Shown: positions 47,224 through 56,814, counted from the stretch's first letter. The stretch: 64,000 bases of DNA from Candidatus Woesearchaeota archaeon (GCA_964540065.1 CAZIKY010000001.1:78798-142797); one strand, 5' to 3'. Translations and numbers: made by a program. Notes: generated by a model from the letters alone, not told the origin.

Positions 47224-48006
47224 TTATTCTAACCTCAAAATGATTTCATCTTTATCCTTCCATGGATAATCTAAACCTTCTACCTTTTCCACCCCGTTTA
47301 CTTTTAAAGTAAGATTGGCAGGCTTTGTGCCGCAATTTTGTGGAAGCTCGTATTTCATTTGCCTTAAAAATTCTTTCACAGAAAATATTTCCGGATCAAA
47401 TAATTCCCGAGTTTGCGGATTAATTCCAGTAATATTGTGCCAATGCGCGAGATTTCTTTCTTTGTGTGTATGTTGCCCCCCAAGATTGCCCTTTTCTAAG
47501 GGAAAGTAAATATCTTCTCCACAAACCTCTGCATCAATATGTGCATGTATATGCATTGCAATATTGCAGTTTCCAGCATTATCACATACTACTATTCCAG
47601 ATTCTGCTCCAGCAGAATAATAAAAAAGCAAGCTGTAAAGGATTATTAGAGTAAGAGCTAGCGACAAAACTGAATAAAGAACTTTCATCCAGGATTTTTT
47701 CTTCCAGGATGTTCTATAAAGGTAAAAAGTACTTGCCACAAAGACTATGAGGGTTATTATTGAGAGTAACAAAAAAAGATTGGGAAAAACAAAGTGGTCA
47801 GCAAAATACGCGGCCTTTAGGGCAAAGGTTGGTTGTTGTAAAAGTGTTTCAAATTCTCTCCCTGCAATAAGCCCCTCTGCGTCTGGGCAGGACTCTGGAG
47901 GGCAGACTTTTCGAGTTTGATTAAAGTCTTCATGAGCAAGAGAAAGAGGGGAAAGAAGGCTTGCAAAAATTACAGTAAGAATTAAGATTATTCCTCCCCT
48001 TTTCAT
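47224..48006 (-). CDS. Membrane protein with signal peptide, Cys pairs and His-rich putative metal-binding motifs
   Basis: 260 aa. VCPPESCPD, TM segments, then HIHAHID ... HTHKE ... HWH. Confidence 0.4.
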   Translation of the reverse strand: MKRGGIILILTVIFASLLSPLSLAHEDFNQTRKVCPPESCPDAEGLIAGREFETLLQQPTFALKAAYFADHFVFPNLFLLLSIITLIVFVASTFYLYRTSWKKKSWMKVLYSVLSLALTLIILYSLLFYYSAGAESGIVVCDNAGNCNIAMHIHAHIDAEVCGEDIYFPLEKGNLGGQHTHKERNLAHWHNITGINPQTRELFDPEIFSVKEFLRQMKYELPQNCGTKPANLTLKVNGVEKVEGLDYPWKDKDEIILRLE

Positions 48007-48044
48007 AGATCTCAGAGAGGTCTATCTTTTTTAAAACTTTTCAA

Positions 48045-48116
48045 AGCCTCCAGAGGGATTTGAACCCTCGACCCTCGGTTTACAAAACCGATGCTCTACC
48101 GCTGAGCTATGGAGGC
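48045..48116 (-). tRNA. tRNA-Thr (anticodon TGT)
   Basis: Minus-strand cloverleaf: acceptor GCCTCCA/TGGAGGC, D-stem GCTC/GAGC, anticodon stem TCGGT/ACCGA with loop TTTGTAA, T-arm GAGGG-TTCAAAT-CCCTC. A TTATAAAC box (minus strand) lies at 48139..48146. Confidence 0.8.
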
Positions 48117-48147
48117 ATAAATCTGCGAAGAAAAAAGTGTTTATAAG

Positions 48148-49035
48148 CTAATCGGTGGAGTTTTCTAAGGGTTTGGAGGTTTTTTCAGGGATTTTTTCGC
48201 CGCCGAGGAAATTCAATAGCATTCTCTCAAGTTTATGCCTCTTTCTTGATTTTGCAGCTTTTTTAGCCGCCCTCTCGCGCCGTCCAAGAAATGCCTTTCT
48301 TAAAAGATAATGTCTTGCTTGGGCAGAAGGAGGGGTCATTATTTTTATCGTTTGGAAAAGCATCAAAACAAAAATATAAACCAGTATGGAAGCTATCAGC
48401 GTATAAAGGTCGAGAGGAATATCTGAATAAACAATAGAGATCATAATAAATGCAAAAGAGTAAACTGCTAACGGAGAGCTTATCACGAAAGAAATCCTTT
48501 TGGGTATGGCATGGGTGAATAAGACTATCATAAAAAGCAAGGAAAAGAATAATAGGATAAATATCAAAAGGAATTTAGCAAGAACTTCTAATGGAAGATA
48601 GGTTTGTGCGATCGGAACTGCCGGGAGAATATAGATCATTGCGGGAACTTCAGAGATAACAGCATATTTCACAAGCATTTCTCTGAGCAGATTGACCCCT
48701 ACAAATAAAAGGGCTATCCAGTCTGCAAAAGCGCTGGCCCACCCTAGCTTTTCATTTTTCCAGCGGCCAAAATAAAGCTGCATGAAAAGAAGGACAATAA
48801 GCAAAGGTAAGGCTATCCAAAGCATCTGAGGATCTGTGAATGGAGAAGTTATTATTTGAGTGAATCTCGGAAGGATAAACTCATTAACATAGTAAGGCAA
48901 ACCAGGAGTAACCTGAACACTCTCATTTCCGGCAACTTGGTATCCGGTAAATGTTGGGAAAGCCGAAGAGATTACGACCAGGACGGCTACTAAAATAAGG
49001 GCAAAGAATACTCTATTTTTTGATAGCCTCTCCAT
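48148..49035 (-). CDS. Polytopic membrane protein, hypothetical
   Basis: 295 aa with about 7 hydrophobic segments and a basic C-terminus. Confidence 0.4.
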   Translation of the reverse strand: MERLSKNRVFFALILVAVLVVISSAFPTFTGYQVAGNESVQVTPGLPYYVNEFILPRFTQIITSPFTDPQMLWIALPLLIVLLFMQLYFGRWKNEKLGWASAFADWIALLFVGVNLLREMLVKYAVISEVPAMIYILPAVPIAQTYLPLEVLAKFLLIFILLFFSLLFMIVLFTHAIPKRISFVISSPLAVYSFAFIMISIVYSDIPLDLYTLIASILVYIFVLMLFQTIKIMTPPSAQARHYLLRKAFLGRRERAAKKAAKSRKRHKLERMLLNFLGGEKIPEKTSKPLENSTD

Positions 49036-49093
49036 TACAAAACAAAAGATCGAGAATATTTAAACCTATTTCAAAAAATTTATCATCAAGAAG

Positions 49094-49321
49094 TCAGTCT
49101 ATCTTAAGTTTTTTCTTAATTTTATTTAAATCACGGTGTATTGCCTTTATTTCTTTATACTCTTTACGAACTGTCCACCATTTTGCGGCAGAAAAAGCAA
49201 GCCAGGCCAGAACAACAAGACCGGTAGCTTGGAATAGCCTTATGATTAGATTAAGATTGCCTATGAGCTTTTCAACAAGTTCCGGTGCAGCTAATATTGC
49301 TGCTTCCTCTCCAACAACCAT
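49094..49321 (-). CDS. Small membrane protein, hypothetical
   Basis: 75 aa with one hydrophobic helix and a K-rich C-terminus. Confidence 0.3.
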   Translation of the reverse strand: MVVGEEAAILAAPELVEKLIGNLNLIIRLFQATGLVVLAWLAFSAAKWWTVRKEYKEIKAIHRDLNKIKKKLKID

Positions 49322-49372
49322 GTTAAATTATAACTTTGTCCCTTTATTATCTTTTCTGCCCGACAAAGATCA

Positions 49373-49705
49373 TCAAAAAATAGTATCTTCAAGAGGGCAG
49401 TCTTTAATCCCCTTAAACTTCTTCCCAGAGGCTAAATCTGAAACAATAGGCTTAAGCTTAGCCAGGGTATCAGAACTTACTCCGGAGATTATAACCTTCT
49501 GGATATCCTTTCCCTTCACGTGCAAGCCATAAATGTCTTTATCGGCCAAAGCTATCTTTCTTGCAACAACATCATTAGAATCATAAAAACCTGATCCCCT
49601 TTGTATCCTGCGCCGATATTCTTCTGCAATTTGAAGGTTGCGGGGATACCTTACTTGTCCAATTAGACTTTGGCTAAATGTGCTAAGACGTGCTTCATAT
49701 CCCAT
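49373..49705 (-). CDS. Hypothetical basic protein (possibly an RNA-binding or ribosome-associated factor)
   Basis: 110 aa, R/K-rich, located within a ribosomal-protein neighbourhood. No confident family assignment. Confidence 0.3.
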   Translation of the reverse strand: MGYEARLSTFSQSLIGQVRYPRNLQIAEEYRRRIQRGSGFYDSNDVVARKIALADKDIYGLHVKGKDIQKVIISGVSSDTLAKLKPIVSDLASGKKFKGIKDCPLEDTIF

Positions 49706-49745
49706 CTTCTTTTCTGATTAAAGTAATGATTGCAGATTATTACTT

Positions 49746-50270
49746 CTACTTCTCTAATTTAAGAACGCGGATTTCGCAGAAAGCAAGAGGGTAGATCTTT
49801 TTCAGCTGAGAAGCCATTTCCTTCTGAAGACTGCCCCTCAAAACGGCCTCAAAAACTTCTGAGGCATTCTTTTCAGCCGCAAATTTTGTTATAAATTCTT
49901 TGGCAGACTCTCTTAGCTTTTGCCTTACTGATCTATAAACTCTTTTTTTGGTTATCATAAAAGGTTTAACTGTAAGTTTTGCATCTTTAGCTGGGCACGA
50001 AAAGCTGTCTTCGATCCAGCTTATATTTTTCCGGATCATCCTTCTTATGTATGAAGGCATAACTCTCAGGGAAACAAAATTTCCGCTTAGCTTCCCATCT
50101 TTTAAAGAAGTTGAAACAACTGCCTCGACCCCTCTTCCTCGAAGCATTCGAGTCATGTCAAGTTTAAGGAATTTGCCGTCAAGATTTTCTTGAGCAGTGC
50201 TCAATGCAGGAAACTGCTGCCCCAAAAGAGGAACTTCAATTTGGAATATCTTTTTCTTTTCTACTGCCAT
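49746..50270 (-). CDS. rps3ae: Ribosomal protein S3Ae (S1e)
   Basis: 174 aa. FQIEVPLLGQ ... KIYPLAFCEIRVLK matches the S3Ae termini and length. Confidence 0.8.
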   Translation of the reverse strand: MAVEKKKIFQIEVPLLGQQFPALSTAQENLDGKFLKLDMTRMLRGRGVEAVVSTSLKDGKLSGNFVSLRVMPSYIRRMIRKNISWIEDSFSCPAKDAKLTVKPFMITKKRVYRSVRQKLRESAKEFITKFAAEKNASEVFEAVLRGSLQKEMASQLKKIYPLAFCEIRVLKLEK

Positions 50271-50271
50271 T

Positions 50272-50580
50272 TTATTCTATCTTTAATTTGCCCACTCTCC
50301 TTCCTTTTTTCTGGATGGTGCTTTTTTTACATACTGCGCAGGTGTACTTAAGGTTTGTCTTTTTAGTGGATTTGGTCTTTCTCTTCCAGCTTGAAACTGC
50401 AGGCTTGCTCCATCTTCCCAAGTTTCCATAGCCCCTGGCTCTCCCACGAAGTTTAGCTCTTTGCTTGGACCCTTTCTTCAAAGATCCTCTTTTACCGCCT
50501 GAGCTTACGACTGCGATTTTCTGCTCAGTATGCTTATTACAATAAGGGCAATACCTTGATGTTACTTTCGGCAATTTCAT
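50272..50580 (-). CDS. rpl44e: Ribosomal protein L44e
   Basis: 102 aa. CPYCNKHTEQ ... CAVCKK Zn-binding pattern and basic composition typical of L44e. Confidence 0.8.
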   Translation of the reverse strand: MKLPKVTSRYCPYCNKHTEQKIAVVSSGGKRGSLKKGSKQRAKLRGRARGYGNLGRWSKPAVSSWKRKTKSTKKTNLKYTCAVCKKSTIQKKGRRVGKLKIE

Positions 50581-50617
50581 TTTTATCTAGTTTTAAGCCA
50601 ACCAACGACAGAACGAA

Positions 50618-51193
50618 TCATTCCCCCTCATTAACGTAAACTGCTTTTCCGCCGTTTACGAGAATTTCGGAAACTTTTTGTGGAAGATTTGCTATATCGC
50701 CAAGCTTGAACGGACCCATTTTTTTCTCTTCAGGACCCATAAATTCGGCTGTATCCTGGGTAAAGCGGACTAGTTGGTTTTTTAAATCTTTCCCTTCAGC
50801 AAGGCCGCTTAAGACTGTATCAAGCAGTTTTTCGTCTGTTTCCAGTTCTTTAAGTATAGAGTCAAAAAGCCTTTTTTCCGCATCAGTCATATTTTCAGAA
50901 TCCCGTTTGCTGATGCCGGTTTTAGATGCAAGAAAAGCGATATTAATCACCTTTTTCTGCCTTCTTGTTATTATCTCCCGGAGGATAGTGATTGCATTTT
51001 CAAGCTGTTTCTTGGTCTTTATTATGGCCTCGTTAAAAAGCTCGTCATTCTTCTCGGCAATCTTCTTTTTGTCACGGAAATAAGAAGAAACTTCCGCAAA
51101 GAACCCTTTAGGGAGAGTTTGAAGCTGCTCACTGTATTTCTCCTTCCTCAGAATTTCATAAAGCTCTGCATAAGTAATCATAAAAACGGACAA
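50618..51193 (-). CDS. GINS complex subunit (Gins51/Gins15-like)
   Basis: 191 aa. N-terminal A-domain YAELYEILRKEKYSEQLQTLPKGFFAEV and C-terminal B-domain FMGPEEKKMGPFKLGDIANLPQKVSEILVNGGKA. Confidence 0.6.
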   Translation of the reverse strand: MSVFMITYAELYEILRKEKYSEQLQTLPKGFFAEVSSYFRDKKKIAEKNDELFNEAIIKTKKQLENAITILREIITRRQKKVINIAFLASKTGISKRDSENMTDAEKRLFDSILKELETDEKLLDTVLSGLAEGKDLKNQLVRFTQDTAEFMGPEEKKMGPFKLGDIANLPQKVSEILVNGGKAVYVNEGE

Positions 51194-51262
51194 TTTTGAA
51201 CGTATTTAACTTTTATTGTTGTCACAAAAGATATTTGTTAAGAACAGTAAAAACCTCAAAGA

Positions 51263-52591
51263 CTATTGTGCAAGATTCATAAGCTCTTTAGCGTATTTTT
51301 TTCCAAAACCGCCCTTAGCACAGCTCTTCTCATCAAACCTTTTAACTTTGTCTTTTCCGCTACCGTAGATTAAAAAGGGCACCAGGTCTGCAGAATGCCT
51401 CTTCAAATCAGATGGAGTAGCATGATCCGAAGTGACAAGAAGCTTGGGGTTTTTCTTCTTAAGGAAGCTGAATAAAATCTCGTCGATCATTTCAAGCATT
51501 TTCTTTTTGTGAACAGGCATTCCATCATGGCCTGGAATGTCCGTTTCCTTTATGTGGATATAGAACGAGTCAAATTCGTCCCATTTCTCATCCAACTTTT
51601 TCTTGACGAAATCAAGGTAAACCCGAAGATTATGATAAAGATTCTTGTAAACATTAGCCGTGGACATTTCTGGGTGAGGATATTTTATGGCCTGCATCCC
51701 GGAAAGCTTAGCGAGGGCGATCTCAAGCGGCATTATTGAAAAAGCCAGCCATTTCCCGCTTTTCTTTGGAAGATCGGGAAGTTCTACTCCGGCATCCCTC
51801 AAAAGGAGGATATTCGCGGGAGGAAGCCCGTTGGCTTCTCTGGAAATGTTAAGAGGGTGTTTTTTCAAAACCCTGTAGCTCTGGTCGGTAAAGTTATTCA
51901 ATAAATTTGCAGTTATCTGGGTAATTTCTTCATCATCAAGGGCCTTGGACTGAGTCACGACATTTTTCCCTTTTACGGCCACGGCAATTCTTCCCATCTT
52001 AGTATATCCTGGATCCGTATTTGTGACATTATCAGAAAAACTGCCCTTGACAACCAAAACCCCTCTGTGCTCGATTGTATGTTTGAAGATAAAAGGAAAT
52101 CTCAGTCTGACATTTTTATTTATAGACTTCGTAAGCATCGCAGCCTCGGTATTTGTCAAAGTTCTCCCGACTCTCCTGTCAACAAGCTTACCATCTTTTA
52201 CTGTTGCAAAATTTGCCCTGACCGCAAGGTCTCCGATCTTAAGAGGAATTCCTGCCCCATAAGCTTCAAGAGGACCGCGGCCGGTAAAATATTTTTCGGG
52301 ATCATAACCAAGTATTGCCATCAAAGCAGAATCAGATTCGGGTGCAACCCCTTTCTTTATGGGAATATGCGCTCCGGTCTTGCCGTTTTCTGCAAACCAA
52401 TCCAGATTGGGTTTAAATGCAACTTCAAAAGGAGTCCTATCCTGAAGCTCTTTAGAAGGCCTGTCGGCAGCGCCGTCAAGGACTACAAGTACAAACTTCT
52501 TGCTTCCTTTAGCCATCTCTTTCTGAACAATGCGACTTTTATTAACTTTTCGCGCTTGCAGGATAACTTTTAAATAAGCCTTCCCGCTCAT
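51263..52591 (-). CDS. apgM: Archaeal-type cofactor-independent phosphoglycerate mutase (ApgM)
   Basis: 442 aa. Metalloenzyme superfamily N-terminal VLVVLDGAADRP and C-terminal TSDHATPSD are typical of ApgM. Confidence 0.75.
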   Translation of the reverse strand: MSGKAYLKVILQARKVNKSRIVQKEMAKGSKKFVLVVLDGAADRPSKELQDRTPFEVAFKPNLDWFAENGKTGAHIPIKKGVAPESDSALMAILGYDPEKYFTGRGPLEAYGAGIPLKIGDLAVRANFATVKDGKLVDRRVGRTLTNTEAAMLTKSINKNVRLRFPFIFKHTIEHRGVLVVKGSFSDNVTNTDPGYTKMGRIAVAVKGKNVVTQSKALDDEEITQITANLLNNFTDQSYRVLKKHPLNISREANGLPPANILLLRDAGVELPDLPKKSGKWLAFSIMPLEIALAKLSGMQAIKYPHPEMSTANVYKNLYHNLRVYLDFVKKKLDEKWDEFDSFYIHIKETDIPGHDGMPVHKKKMLEMIDEILFSFLKKKNPKLLVTSDHATPSDLKRHSADLVPFLIYGSGKDKVKRFDEKSCAKGGFGKKYAKELMNLAQ

Positions 52592-52597
52592 TAAAAT

Positions 52598-53752
52598 ATG
52601 TTCAATTTCTTCAAAGAAAAAATAAAGAAGGCTTTTGAGAAAATAAAGGGTACTGAAGAAGACTTAGAAGAAGAATCCAAGGAGGCTAAGAAAGAGATTA
52701 AGGAAGAAAAAAAGAAGGTTGAAAAGCTCAAGAAGGAAGAAAAAGGACTCAAAAAAGAGGAAAAGAAGAAGGAAAAAGAGGCTAAAGAAGCTGAAAAGAG
52801 CAAGAAAGAAGAGATAAAAGAGGACATTAAGGAGATCAAAGAAGAAGTAAAAAAGGTAGAGGAAAAAAAGGAGGAAAGGATTGGCATTCTCGGAAGGATC
52901 AAGGAAAGGCTTATTACATCGACCCTCACGCAGGAAGGATTTGAAGAGCTTTTCGAGCCATTAGAGCTAGCATTAATCGAAAACAACTTCTCGATAAAGA
53001 TCATAAGAAAGCTAAAAGAAAGGCTTGAGAAAGAGCTTGTTGAAAAGCCTTTCAAAAAAAGCGAAGTTGAATCAAAAATTAAAGAAGAGTTGAAAAATGT
53101 TATAAGGAATTCAATAATCGAGCCTTTCGACCTTATAGAAAAGATAAGGGAAAAGAAGGATAAGCCATTCACAATAGTTTTCTTCGGAATAAATGGTGCG
53201 GGAAAGACGACAACCATTGCTAAGATAGCTCATAGGCTTCATCAAAATAAAATGAAATGCGTTTTAGCGGCAGCAGACACATTTAGAGCAGCAAGCATTG
53301 AGCAGCTGGAAAAGCATGCCCAAAAACTCGATGTCAAGGTGGTCAAACATGATTATGGTGCAGACCCTGCAGCAGTTGCTTTTGATGCGATCGCCCATGC
53401 AAGATCAAAGAATATTGATGTTGTCTTGATAGACACTGCAGGAAGAATGCACACAAAAACTGATTTGATGAAAGAGATGGAAAAAATATGCAGAGTTGCA
53501 AAGCCGGATTTGAAAATCTTCGTTGGAGAAGCCATAACTGGCAGCGACTTATTGGAGCAGCTTAGCAAATTTAATGATTCTATAGGGATAGATGCCGCAA
53601 TCCTTACAAAGGCAGATGTAGATGAAAAAGGTGGAGCTTTAATCAGTGTAGGAGAAGTAACCGGAAAACCAATAATCTTCCTGGGGATGGGCCAGGAATA
53701 CGGAGATCTAAAAATCCTGGATAAAGAAAAAATCTTAGAAAGCTTATTCTGA
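52598..53752 (+). CDS. ftsY: Signal recognition particle receptor FtsY
   Basis: 384 aa. K/E-rich N-terminal A-region, then an NG domain with GINGAGKTTTIAKIA, DTAGR and TKAD. Confidence 0.9.
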   Translation: MFNFFKEKIKKAFEKIKGTEEDLEEESKEAKKEIKEEKKKVEKLKKEEKGLKKEEKKKEKEAKEAEKSKKEEIKEDIKEIKEEVKKVEEKKEERIGILGRIKERLITSTLTQEGFEELFEPLELALIENNFSIKIIRKLKERLEKELVEKPFKKSEVESKIKEELKNVIRNSIIEPFDLIEKIREKKDKPFTIVFFGINGAGKTTTIAKIAHRLHQNKMKCVLAAADTFRAASIEQLEKHAQKLDVKVVKHDYGADPAAVAFDAIAHARSKNIDVVLIDTAGRMHTKTDLMKEMEKICRVAKPDLKIFVGEAITGSDLLEQLSKFNDSIGIDAAILTKADVDEKGGALISVGEVTGKPIIFLGMGQEYGDLKILDKEKILESLF

Positions 53753-53823
53753 TAATGATTGTAACTTGATCACAATATAATCACCATATAAAACCTTAAA
53801 AATGGATTTTTACTGATAAAAAT

Positions 53824-53982
53824 ATGTCTGATACAAGATATAAATGCGAAAAATGCAATTTTGGGTGGGCTTCAAAATCTGGAGAGGTTCCAAAAAGATG
53901 CCCCTATTGTGGGAAAGCAGATAACTTCGGTCCGGCAAATGCGGATGCTTCATTCATAGATGTCGAAGATATGTTAAAGTAA
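53824..53982 (+). CDS. 52-aa zinc-ribbon protein, paralog A
   Basis: MSDTRYKCEKCNFGWASKSGEVPKRCPYCGKADNFGPANADASFIDVEDMLK. CxxC-x14-CxxC with an acidic C-terminal F[IL]DV[ED]D[ML]LK tail. Below the ORF-track size cutoff. Confidence 0.45.
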   Translation: MSDTRYKCEKCNFGWASKSGEVPKRCPYCGKADNFGPANADASFIDVEDMLK

Positions 53983-54056
53983 ACGGGAAAGCAGTTTACT
54001 TTTACAACTCGGAAAAGGTTCTAAAAGTTTAAATACAATAGGATTTCTAGAAGATT

Positions 54057-54215
54057 ATGGCTGAAAAACTCACATGCAGTATGTGCAATTTTAAATGGAC
54101 TTCTTCAACGGGAAAGGTTCCGGTAAGATGCCCTTACTGCGGAAGGGATGGAACAGTCATGGACTTGGAAGGGACACAGGCCAAATTCTTAGATGTAGAT
54201 GATCTTTTGAAGTAA
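54057..54215 (+). CDS. 52-aa zinc-ribbon protein, paralog B
   Basis: MAEKLTCSMCNFKWTSSTGKVPVRCPYCGRDGTVMDLEGTQAKFLDVDDLLK. Same 159-nt length as paralog A, with identical Cys spacing and tail. Confidence 0.45.
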   Translation: MAEKLTCSMCNFKWTSSTGKVPVRCPYCGRDGTVMDLEGTQAKFLDVDDLLK

Positions 54216-54287
54216 AGATAAATTCCTTCTTTGCAAAAGACTTATTAAACCTTAATTTAAACACCTTATTATAGAACCTTAGATCAG

Positions 54288-55676
54288 ATGGTACTTGAAA
54301 AACTCGGGAATGTATTGAAGAGCACGATGAAAAAGATAGCAGATGCTATCTTCGTAGACAAGGCCCTAGTCGAGGGGATCATCAAGGACCTAAAGTACTC
54401 CCTTCTTGAAGCAGATGTAAATCCTGCTTTGATCAGCGATCTTGCAGAAAAAATAAGAAAAACTGCCCTTGACGAAAAAACCAAGCTCGACAGGAAAGAA
54501 CAGCTTATCAAATTAATCCATGATGAAATGGTTAACCTTCTTGGAAAAGAGAAATACGACCTTCCAACAGGCGCCCAAAAGCCACTCAAAGTAATGTTCC
54601 TCGGGCTTTACGGTTCAGGAAAAACAACTACTATCGGAAAACTGGGAATGTATTACTCTAAGAGGGGCTTCAAAACCTGCCTTATAGGCCTTGATGTCCA
54701 TAGGCCAGCCGCTCCAGAGCAACTCGAACAGATTGCCCAAAAGGCAAAACTTCCCGTGTTCATAAACAAAACAGAAAAATCTGCAATTAAGATTTGGAAG
54801 GAGTTTGAAGATAAGATAAAGAAATATGATCTTGTCTTAATAGACACTGCTGGAAGAGATGTTCTAGACAAGGAACTTATAAAAGAGCTTGAGGATCTCA
54901 ACAAAACTATCAACCCTGCCCAAAAAATCCTCGTTATCCCTGCAGACATCGGCCAGACCGCAAAAAAGCAAGCCTCTGAATTCCAAAAATCTGTTGGAAT
55001 TAACGGAGTCATAATCACAAGAATGGACGGCACTGCAAAAGCAGGCGGTGCCTTAACGGCCTGTGCAGAAACTAATGCTCCAGTATTATTTGTGGGAACC
55101 GGTGAAAAGCCCCAGGACATAGAAACTTTCAATCCTACAGCTTTTGTCTCAAGGCTTTTAGGAATGGGAGATTTAGAAGCGCTTTTAGAGAAAGCGAATC
55201 AAGCAATCGAAAAAGAAAAAGCAGAGAAGCTGGAAAAAAGCTTGGCAGAGGGAAAATTCTCTCTCCTAGAATTCTATGATCAGATAAAGGGAATGCAAAG
55301 CATGGGGCCTCTTGGAAAGATAATGGAGCTTATTCCAGGACTAGGTGGGGCAAAGATGCCTGAAGGCCTTTTAGATGTTCAGGAGAAGAAGCTGAAAAAA
55401 TGGAAGGCTGCAATGGACAGTATGACTCAAACAGAAATAGAAGATCCAGATTCCATAGAAAGCAAAAGGATAACAAGAATCGCTAAGGGTTCGGGCACTT
55501 CTCCAGGAGAGATCAAAGAAATGTTAAGCCAATACAAAGTAGTCAAACAATTTGCAGCAAAAGGAAAGGGGATGGACCTTTCACAGATGCAAAATCCCCA
55601 AGATTTGATGAGAAATATGGGTGCAAAGCAGCTTAGAAAGCTGGCAAAGAAGTATAAAGGCCAGCTACCGATTTAA
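54288..55676 (+). CDS. srp54: Signal recognition particle protein SRP54
   Basis: 462 aa. N domain, G domain (GLYGSGKTTTIGKLG, DTAGR, TRMD) and a Met-rich M domain (GMQSMGPLGKIMELIPGLGG). Confidence 0.9.
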   Translation: MVLEKLGNVLKSTMKKIADAIFVDKALVEGIIKDLKYSLLEADVNPALISDLAEKIRKTALDEKTKLDRKEQLIKLIHDEMVNLLGKEKYDLPTGAQKPLKVMFLGLYGSGKTTTIGKLGMYYSKRGFKTCLIGLDVHRPAAPEQLEQIAQKAKLPVFINKTEKSAIKIWKEFEDKIKKYDLVLIDTAGRDVLDKELIKELEDLNKTINPAQKILVIPADIGQTAKKQASEFQKSVGINGVIITRMDGTAKAGGALTACAETNAPVLFVGTGEKPQDIETFNPTAFVSRLLGMGDLEALLEKANQAIEKEKAEKLEKSLAEGKFSLLEFYDQIKGMQSMGPLGKIMELIPGLGGAKMPEGLLDVQEKKLKKWKAAMDSMTQTEIEDPDSIESKRITRIAKGSGTSPGEIKEMLSQYKVVKQFAAKGKGMDLSQMQNPQDLMRNMGAKQLRKLAKKYKGQLPI

Positions 55677-56812
55677 TTGGGAATAACACTCATTAATTCT
55701 CCAACATTCTTTATGTCATAATCTGACTTAACCTTATGGTCTTCCTCTTTGCGGTTTCCAGTTCTTACCCTAATTGTTTTTAACCCTATATTTTGGCCTG
55801 CGATAATATCTGATTCAAGGTCTCCAACCATATAGCTGCCTGTAGTGTCAATATTATGTTCTTGAATCATTTTTTCTATGAGCCTAGTTGCAGGTTTTTT
55901 ATCTGGGCAAAGATTATTCTTATCTCTTTCATGCTCACAATAACCATAGCCTGCAAATTCGACCCCTTTTTCAGAATATTTCCTTAAAACAGATTTGAAA
56001 ACATCTTCTACCTCTTGTATTGACATCCTGCCCTTAGCAACCCATGGTTGAGATGAAACTATAAAAAGCTTATAGCCCATATTCTGGGCTTGAGCTAAAG
56101 CATTATAACTGAATGAGTAAATATCCCCTTTAGGAATAACTTCTGGAGCACCCTCATCGCTCACAAGAGTGGCATCCTTATCAAAAAAGATTGCTTTGTT
56201 CATAGGCATCCCAAGAAGATTTTTGACATGAGACTGCATCACTAGATTTATTGCTTCTGGCCTGCCGTTAGTATTCACATACTTTACATTGGAGAATCTT
56301 TCTCCAAGCTCGAGGTAAAGATCTCTCTGCCTTGTAAGCATTTCAAGATTTTCTCCAGGGCTAATCGGTTCGCCAGTTTCCTCATGGCGTTTCCTTATCC
56401 TTTCCATTGCAATTTCTGGATCACAGATTAAAACTAAAGATAATTCTGGTTTCCGATAATGAGTGTGTCTCGAAACAAGATATTCTAAATCAAATCCTTC
56501 TATCTGCTGTATAACTAAAGAAGACAAATATCCCCGATTATTGAGTATCAAATTTCCTTCTTCCTTAAGCAAAGGCCTCATGTCTTGCTCAGAAAGCTTC
56601 CAACGCCCCTTCATAAAAAGCTCGAAGCATCGACGTTTATCAAAATCCGGCTGTCTCCGCAAGGCCTTTATTTCTTCCCTAAAATAATGCGGCTCCCGAA
56701 ATTGATGGACCTTATAACTGGTATTTGAAGTTAGAAAATTAGAGAGATCTTCAACACGTTTATCTTTTCCGCTCCCACTGATCCCTTCGACTAGAATGAA
56801 TTGGGATTTCAT
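55673..56812 (-). CDS. Bifunctional thymidylate kinase (N-terminal) / HAD-IIIA phosphatase (C-terminal, GmhB/HisB-N-like) fusion
   Basis: Tmk-like motifs: P-loop EGISGSGKD, FREP (TREP-like), NNRGYLSS ... QQ (DRY ... YQ-like), LID RIRKRHEE. HAD motifs: FFDKDATLV (DxDxT), GYCEHERDKNNLCPDKKP (GmhB CxH ... CxxKP Zn site), GDLESD. The start is taken at the ATG encoding MKSQFILVEG. The track ORF extends to 56851. Confidence 0.6.
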   Translation of the reverse strand: MKSQFILVEGISGSGKDKRVEDLSNFLTSNTSYKVHQFREPHYFREEIKALRRQPDFDKRRCFELFMKGRWKLSEQDMRPLLKEEGNLILNNRGYLSSLVIQQIEGFDLEYLVSRHTHYRKPELSLVLICDPEIAMERIRKRHEETGEPISPGENLEMLTRQRDLYLELGERFSNVKYVNTNGRPEAINLVMQSHVKNLLGMPMNKAIFFDKDATLVSDEGAPEVIPKGDIYSFSYNALAQAQNMGYKLFIVSSQPWVAKGRMSIQEVEDVFKSVLRKYSEKGVEFAGYGYCEHERDKNNLCPDKKPATRLIEKMIQEHNIDTTGSYMVGDLESDIIAGQNIGLKTIRVRTGNRKEEDHKVKSDYDIKNVGELMSVIPN

Positions 56813-56814
56813 CT

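Noticed and set aside
52640-52900. Apparent short tandem repetition (AAG/GAA/AAA runs)
   Set aside because: It reflects the Lys/Glu-rich acidic-basic A-domain of FtsY. It is not a CRISPR array or satellite, and there are no regular spacers.
52591-53217. 208-aa Ser/Phe-rich ORF on the minus strand
   Set aside because: It lies antisense to the K/E-rich N-terminal region of ftsY (AAG/GAA-rich coding DNA) and is a low-complexity mirror ORF, not a gene.
53753-54287. SRP RNA (7S) expected near srp54/ftsY
   Set aside because: The spacer is AT-rich and occupied by the two Zn-ribbon ORFs. No GC-rich helix-8-like element (GNAR tetraloop region) is visible. SRP RNA is presumably elsewhere.
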